DNA of 64,000 nucleotides from an uncultured delta proteobacterium (GTDB lineage: Bacteria > Desulfobacterota > Binatia > UBA9968). This document shows positions 60,645-64,000 of the stretch, in pieces. Both the position numbers and the translations under genes were made by a program. The DNA lies in the NCBI GenBank assembly GCA_963847445.1, contig CAWJZV010000015.1, forward strand, positions 160,001-224,000, given 5' to 3'. How positions within the stretch are numbered: position 1 is the first letter of the stretch; each line of letters starts with the position of its first letter. Under the pieces are notes generated by a model. It had not been told where the DNA came from. It worked only from the letters and a program-made list of their open reading frames with translations, and did not search any database.

Positions 60645-61490
60645 CTATTTTTTCGCTGCTTGTAGCTGTTTGAGCACTGTCCCAACCGCGAGCGGCGGCT
60701 CGGTTTGATCCTTGAAGCAGGCGAGCCGTTCGCTGACTTCAGCGGCGGCGTTGTGAAATCCACTCGGCAGGCCGGCGGCTTCGAAGGCCTCGGCGATTTC
60801 TCTCATTTCGCCAACGTAGCGCCACATTTTGGGCGCGGCGACGGCGGCGGCGCGCAGACATTTATTTTCCAGCGCCGGTTGGGAGATTTTCCACTCTTCG
60901 AGCAATGCTTGATCCACGCCTTCATGCGCGGCGAGCGCGCGAATGGCGAGGATTAAAGCGTCGGTGCCTTTGGTCCAGGCGGCATAGACGACTTTCAAAG
61001 CCGAGGCTTCGCCAGGGACGGCGCCGATGCTGCGCGCATCCAACATGCTGGCGGAAAACAATTGAGCGATCTCCGCGGCTTTTTCTCCCGAGAGATACAT
61101 TCTGGTCGTGCCGGCTTTCTTGACTGGCGAGCCGATGATGCCGCCGTCGACGAAGCTGGCGCCAGCTTTGGCAACGATCTTGGCAATATCTTCGGCCGTC
61201 GCCCGCGACACGGCGTTAGCATCGACATAAATCCCTTGGAAGCGTTGCGCGGCGACGCTCACGGCGACTTCCGTGGCGAATTCCGGTGGACAGACCGACA
61301 GGACGATATCGCTTTGGCGCACGGCCGCGGCTAGATCGCCGGCATCGATCAAGCCGGCTTGCTCGGCGCGCTTGCGCGATGCGGCGCTTCGCTGTGCCGA
61401 TGCCCAGAGCACCCGGGCGCCGCTGGCCGCAGCGCAAGCGCCGATGGTTGAGCCCATGTTGCCTGGATGGAGCAATGCGATGGTTTTCAT
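60645..61490 (-). CDS. NAD(P)-dependent oxidoreductase, 6PGD/3-hydroxyisobutyrate dehydrogenase-like with DUF1932
   Basis: HPGNMG, SVCPP, YVDANAVS, FVDGGIIG, ASALK..YA..TKG, WRYVGEMREI. Confidence 0.88.
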   Translation of the reverse strand: MKTIALLHPGNMGSTIGACAAASGARVLWASAQRSAASRKRAEQAGLIDAGDLAAAVRQSDIVLSVCPPEFATEVAVSVAAQRFQGIYVDANAVSRATAEDIAKIVAKAGASFVDGGIIGSPVKKAGTTRMYLSGEKAAEIAQLFSASMLDARSIGAVPGEASALKVVYAAWTKGTDALILAIRALAAHEGVDQALLEEWKISQPALENKCLRAAAVAAPKMWRYVGEMREIAEAFEAAGLPSGFHNAAAEVSERLACFKDQTEPPLAVGTVLKQLQAAKK

Positions 61491-61586
61491 GATTGGCCTC
61501 TCCTGGTTGCGAGGCTAATCGAGTTGAGTGTCTTTAGTCAATGATCTTGTCTTGACGATAGCTGGCCGCACTGATATTTCAGCTCC

Positions 61587-62691
61587 ATGATTATACTCAG
61601 CAACGAAGAAATCGAATCGTTTCTATCGATCAAAACCTGCATCGACGCGCTGGAGAAAGCCTACGCCAGTTGGGACAAGGGCACGGCGATCAATCGGCCG
61701 CGCACCGATCTGGTCATGCCGTCGGCGACCGAAGCCGGCGTCTACGCTTTCAAATCCATGGAAGCCGGCTTGTACGATCCGCCGATCGTCGCCATGCGCA
61801 TCAATTCGGACGTAATCCGCTGGAGCCAGCAGGGGAACCGGACGATCAAAACCAAAGTTCCGGCGGCGCCAGGCGACAAATATGTCGGTCTGGTGATGCT
61901 GTTTTCGACAATCACCGGCGAACCGCTGGCGATGTTTCCTGACGGTGTAGTGCAGCGCATGCGCGTGGCTTCGAGCAGCGCGCTGGCGGCGCGTTATCTT
62001 GCTCGCGAGGACTGCCAGCACCATGGCGTTGTTCGGTTCCGGTTGGCAGGCCGGCAGCCATGTGCCGGCGATGTGCGCCGTGCGGCCGCTCAAGCGCATT
62101 AATGTTTTCAGCCCGACCAAGGCCAACCGCGAAGCGTTCGTCAAAGAAATCCAACCTAAAGTGAGCGCGGAACTGCGCGCGGTGGATTCACCGGAAGAGG
62201 CGATCCGCGACGCCGACATCATCGCCGCGACGACCAACTCACTTTCCCGAGTGGTCAGCGCCGATTGGGTCAAACCGGGACTGCATTTGACCTGTGTACG
62301 CGTGCCGGAGTTGGGCGACGACACGATTCGCAAAGTCGACCGCTTGGTGATCCACGCGCATCAACACGCGCCGACCAATTATGTCGCCGGCTACGGGGAG
62401 GAAGGCATCCCAGCCCACGACGCGATCGATATTATCAAGAAGGGGCCAGCCCATGCCCATGAAGTAAACGTCGAGCATCCCTTCTGGCTGAGCGCGCCCG
62501 ATCTCAAAGATCTCGTCACCGGCAAAGCCCAGGGACGGGCGAATGCGCAAGAGTCGACCTGCTTTCTCAACAACATCGGCATCGGTCTGCAATTCGCCGC
62601 CGTCGGCGCCGCGGTCTATAGCGAAGCCATCGCCAAAGGCATCGGCCGCGAGCTGCCGACGGATTGGTTTTTGGAAAGCGTACATCCGTAG
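61587..62691 (+). CDS. Ornithine cyclodeaminase/mu-crystallin family protein (frameshift near 62015)
   Basis: LFS..TGEPLA, MRVA, GSGWQA, AATTNS, PGLH, GIGLQF.A. Confidence 0.88.
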
Positions 62692-62715
62692 AGCAGGGAT
62701 TGGGAATCGGAAGTT

Positions 62716-62937
62716 TAGCCGCAAAGAACCTAGCGCAGCACAGCCGCAATCAAATAGGAAAGAGTTCTTACCACGAAGGACACGAAGGTTCGGAAAATTA
62801 TTACTCCGAACTTCGTGCTCTCGTGTCGTGGTGAGATGGATTTTTCTTATTGATCGCGACACTTACGGACACCGGTCCGGAAAATTTGCGCAAGCTGCGC
62901 AAACTGTTAGGTATTGCAGTGCAAAGAGCTCACAAAA
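62716..62937. repeat. Composite intergenic repeat element, copy B (no nested insert)
   Basis: TAGCCGCAAA..CTAGCGC..., ACCACGAAGGACACGAAG...CTTCGTG...CGTGGTGAGAT, ACTTACGGACACCGGTC.GGAAAATTTGCGCAAGCT.CGCAAACTGT shared with copy A. Confidence 0.8.
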
Positions 62938-63005
62938 CACTTACTAATTCATAAATCGAAGTTATTTCAAACTTAACCTTGCTTTGATTGTCGTCCACAG
63001 TGGAT

Positions 63006-63070
63006 GAGATTTCTCGCTTCGCTCGAAATGACAGTTTGGCTATTGCCGTCATTGTCAACGAAGCGAGGGT
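63006..63070. repeat. GAGATTTCTC...ATGACA palindromic repeat (second half degenerate)
   Basis: GAGATTTCTCGCTTCGCTCGAAATGACA ... CGTCATTGTCAACGAAGCGAG. Confidence 0.65.
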
Positions 63071-63096
63071 TCGTGCCAATCTGAACTACCCTCCGA

Positions 63097-63125
63097 TTGA
63101 CTCGCAAGCCGCCTTTGCGTAGGAA
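63097..63125 (+). promoter_or_regulatory. Candidate sigma-70 promoter of the LLM gene
   Basis: TTGACT-17 bp-TAGGAA. Confidence 0.35.
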
Positions 63126-63187
63126 TGAGTCTGTAATTCGTGGCTGTTTGAGCCGATTTGAAGCGATCAATCAAGGAGAGTTTGCGA

Positions 63188-64000
63188 ATGGCAAAGCAAC
63201 GAGTGGGCTACGCGTTGGGCTACGGCAAGTTTACCAATGTGCGGGAGATGGCCGACGTAATGCAGCAGGCCGAAGAGCGCGGCTTCGAAATGGCGTTTTT
63301 TTCCGAGACCGTCGAACTCATGCGCGACTCGGTGAGTTCCTTGGCGGCGATCAGCTTGGCGACGAAAAATATGATCATGGGGACGACCCAGATCGTGCGT
63401 TTGCGCGGCCCGGTGGTGATGGCGCAGTCGTTGGCGACTCTGGACGAGCTCAGCGGCGGGCGCATCACGGCGGCGCCGGGAGCTTGCACCAAGAGCCACG
63501 CGCGCGTCCATGCGCTGCCCCAGGATGTCGGCGCGACGCCTAGCGAAGTGCTGCGCGAATATATCGAGTCGATGCGTTTGTTATTTACCGGCGAGAAGGT
63601 TTCCTATCACGGCAAGTTTGTCAACTTCGACAACGTCGGTTTGGGCTGGAAGCCGATGCGCGCGCATATTCCATTCTATGTTCCGGCGACGGCGACCATC
63701 GGCTTGAAGCTGGCCGGCGCGGTCGGCGATGGCGTGATTCTCAACGCGGTCTGCTCGCCGGAGTACACCGTCAATGCGCTGCGCATTATCAAAGAGTCGG
63801 CGCAGCAGGCTGGGCGCGACTTTTCCAAGTTCTTCGTCGCGCAAATCATCAATTGCTCGATTGAAGACAATCACCAAAAAGCTCTCGATGCGGTGCGCTG
63901 GGAAGTGGCGACCAAGCTCGACCCGGTGCAGATCTCGTTTATCGCCGGGCCGAAGATGCGCGTCGGCGAGCCGTATATTCATAAGGAAGACATTCCGCTA
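63188..64000 (+). CDS. LLM class flavin-dependent oxidoreductase (runs off window end)
   Basis: Manual translation MAKQRVG...AEERGFE..F.SE...RD...LATLDELSGGR...GEKVSYHGKF...LAGAVGDGVILN; AAGGAG RBS. Confidence 0.88.
   Translation, partial: MAKQRVGYALGYGKFTNVREMADVMQQAEERGFEMAFFSETVELMRDSVSSLAAISLATKNMIMGTTQIVRLRGPVVMAQSLATLDELSGGRITAAPGACTKSHARVHALPQDVGATPSEVLREYIESMRLLFTGEKVSYHGKFVNFDNVGLGWKPMRAHIPFYVPATATIGLKLAGAVGDGVILNAVCSPEYTVNALRIIKESAQQAGRDFSKFFVAQIINCSIEDNHQKALDAVRWEVATKLDPVQISFIAGPKMRVGEPYIHKEDIPL

Noticed and set aside
1-64000. Prophage, IS element, integron or defence island
   Set aside because: No integrase, transposase, phage structural or recognisable defence genes; the LOG/SLOG gene and ATPase relic lack partner genes

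Overview
A GC-rich (~58-60%) bacterial chromosomal segment with about 60 genes, mostly metabolic and transport. I see no rRNA, tRNA, CRISPR array, integrase, transposase or prophage. Gene content and style resemble Candidatus Binatia-type genomes (inference only). Many clearly recognisable genes are broken by 1-bp indels, most likely long-read consensus errors, so several CDS coordinates are reconstructed across frames. Recognisable loci: pilT-pilU; an Sdh1-like three-subunit succinate dehydrogenase; udgB; a large FAD/Fe-S oxidoreductase; ypfJ-like protease, comEA and a secreted RNase Sa-type/barstar pair; seven solute-binding-protein genes with no permease or ATPase; a CitE/acyl-CoA dehydrogenase/MaoC/CoA-transferase cluster resembling itaconate-type C5-dicarboxylate catabolism; and several gene relics. 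The most unusual signals are: (i) several families of intergenic palindromic repeats, including a ~220-bp composite element present twice, one copy carrying a nested 201-bp insert flanked by a 7-bp direct repeat, plus strand-biased GTTCAA arrays right after stop codons; (ii) two tandem paralogs of an unrecognised, internally repeated protein family after pilTU; (iii) a GAF-HisKA protein with the phospho-His replaced by Cys and no kinase domain; (iv) several apparent pseudo-enzymes (LspA-like, M24-like, MBL-like) and signal-peptide-less SBP folds.
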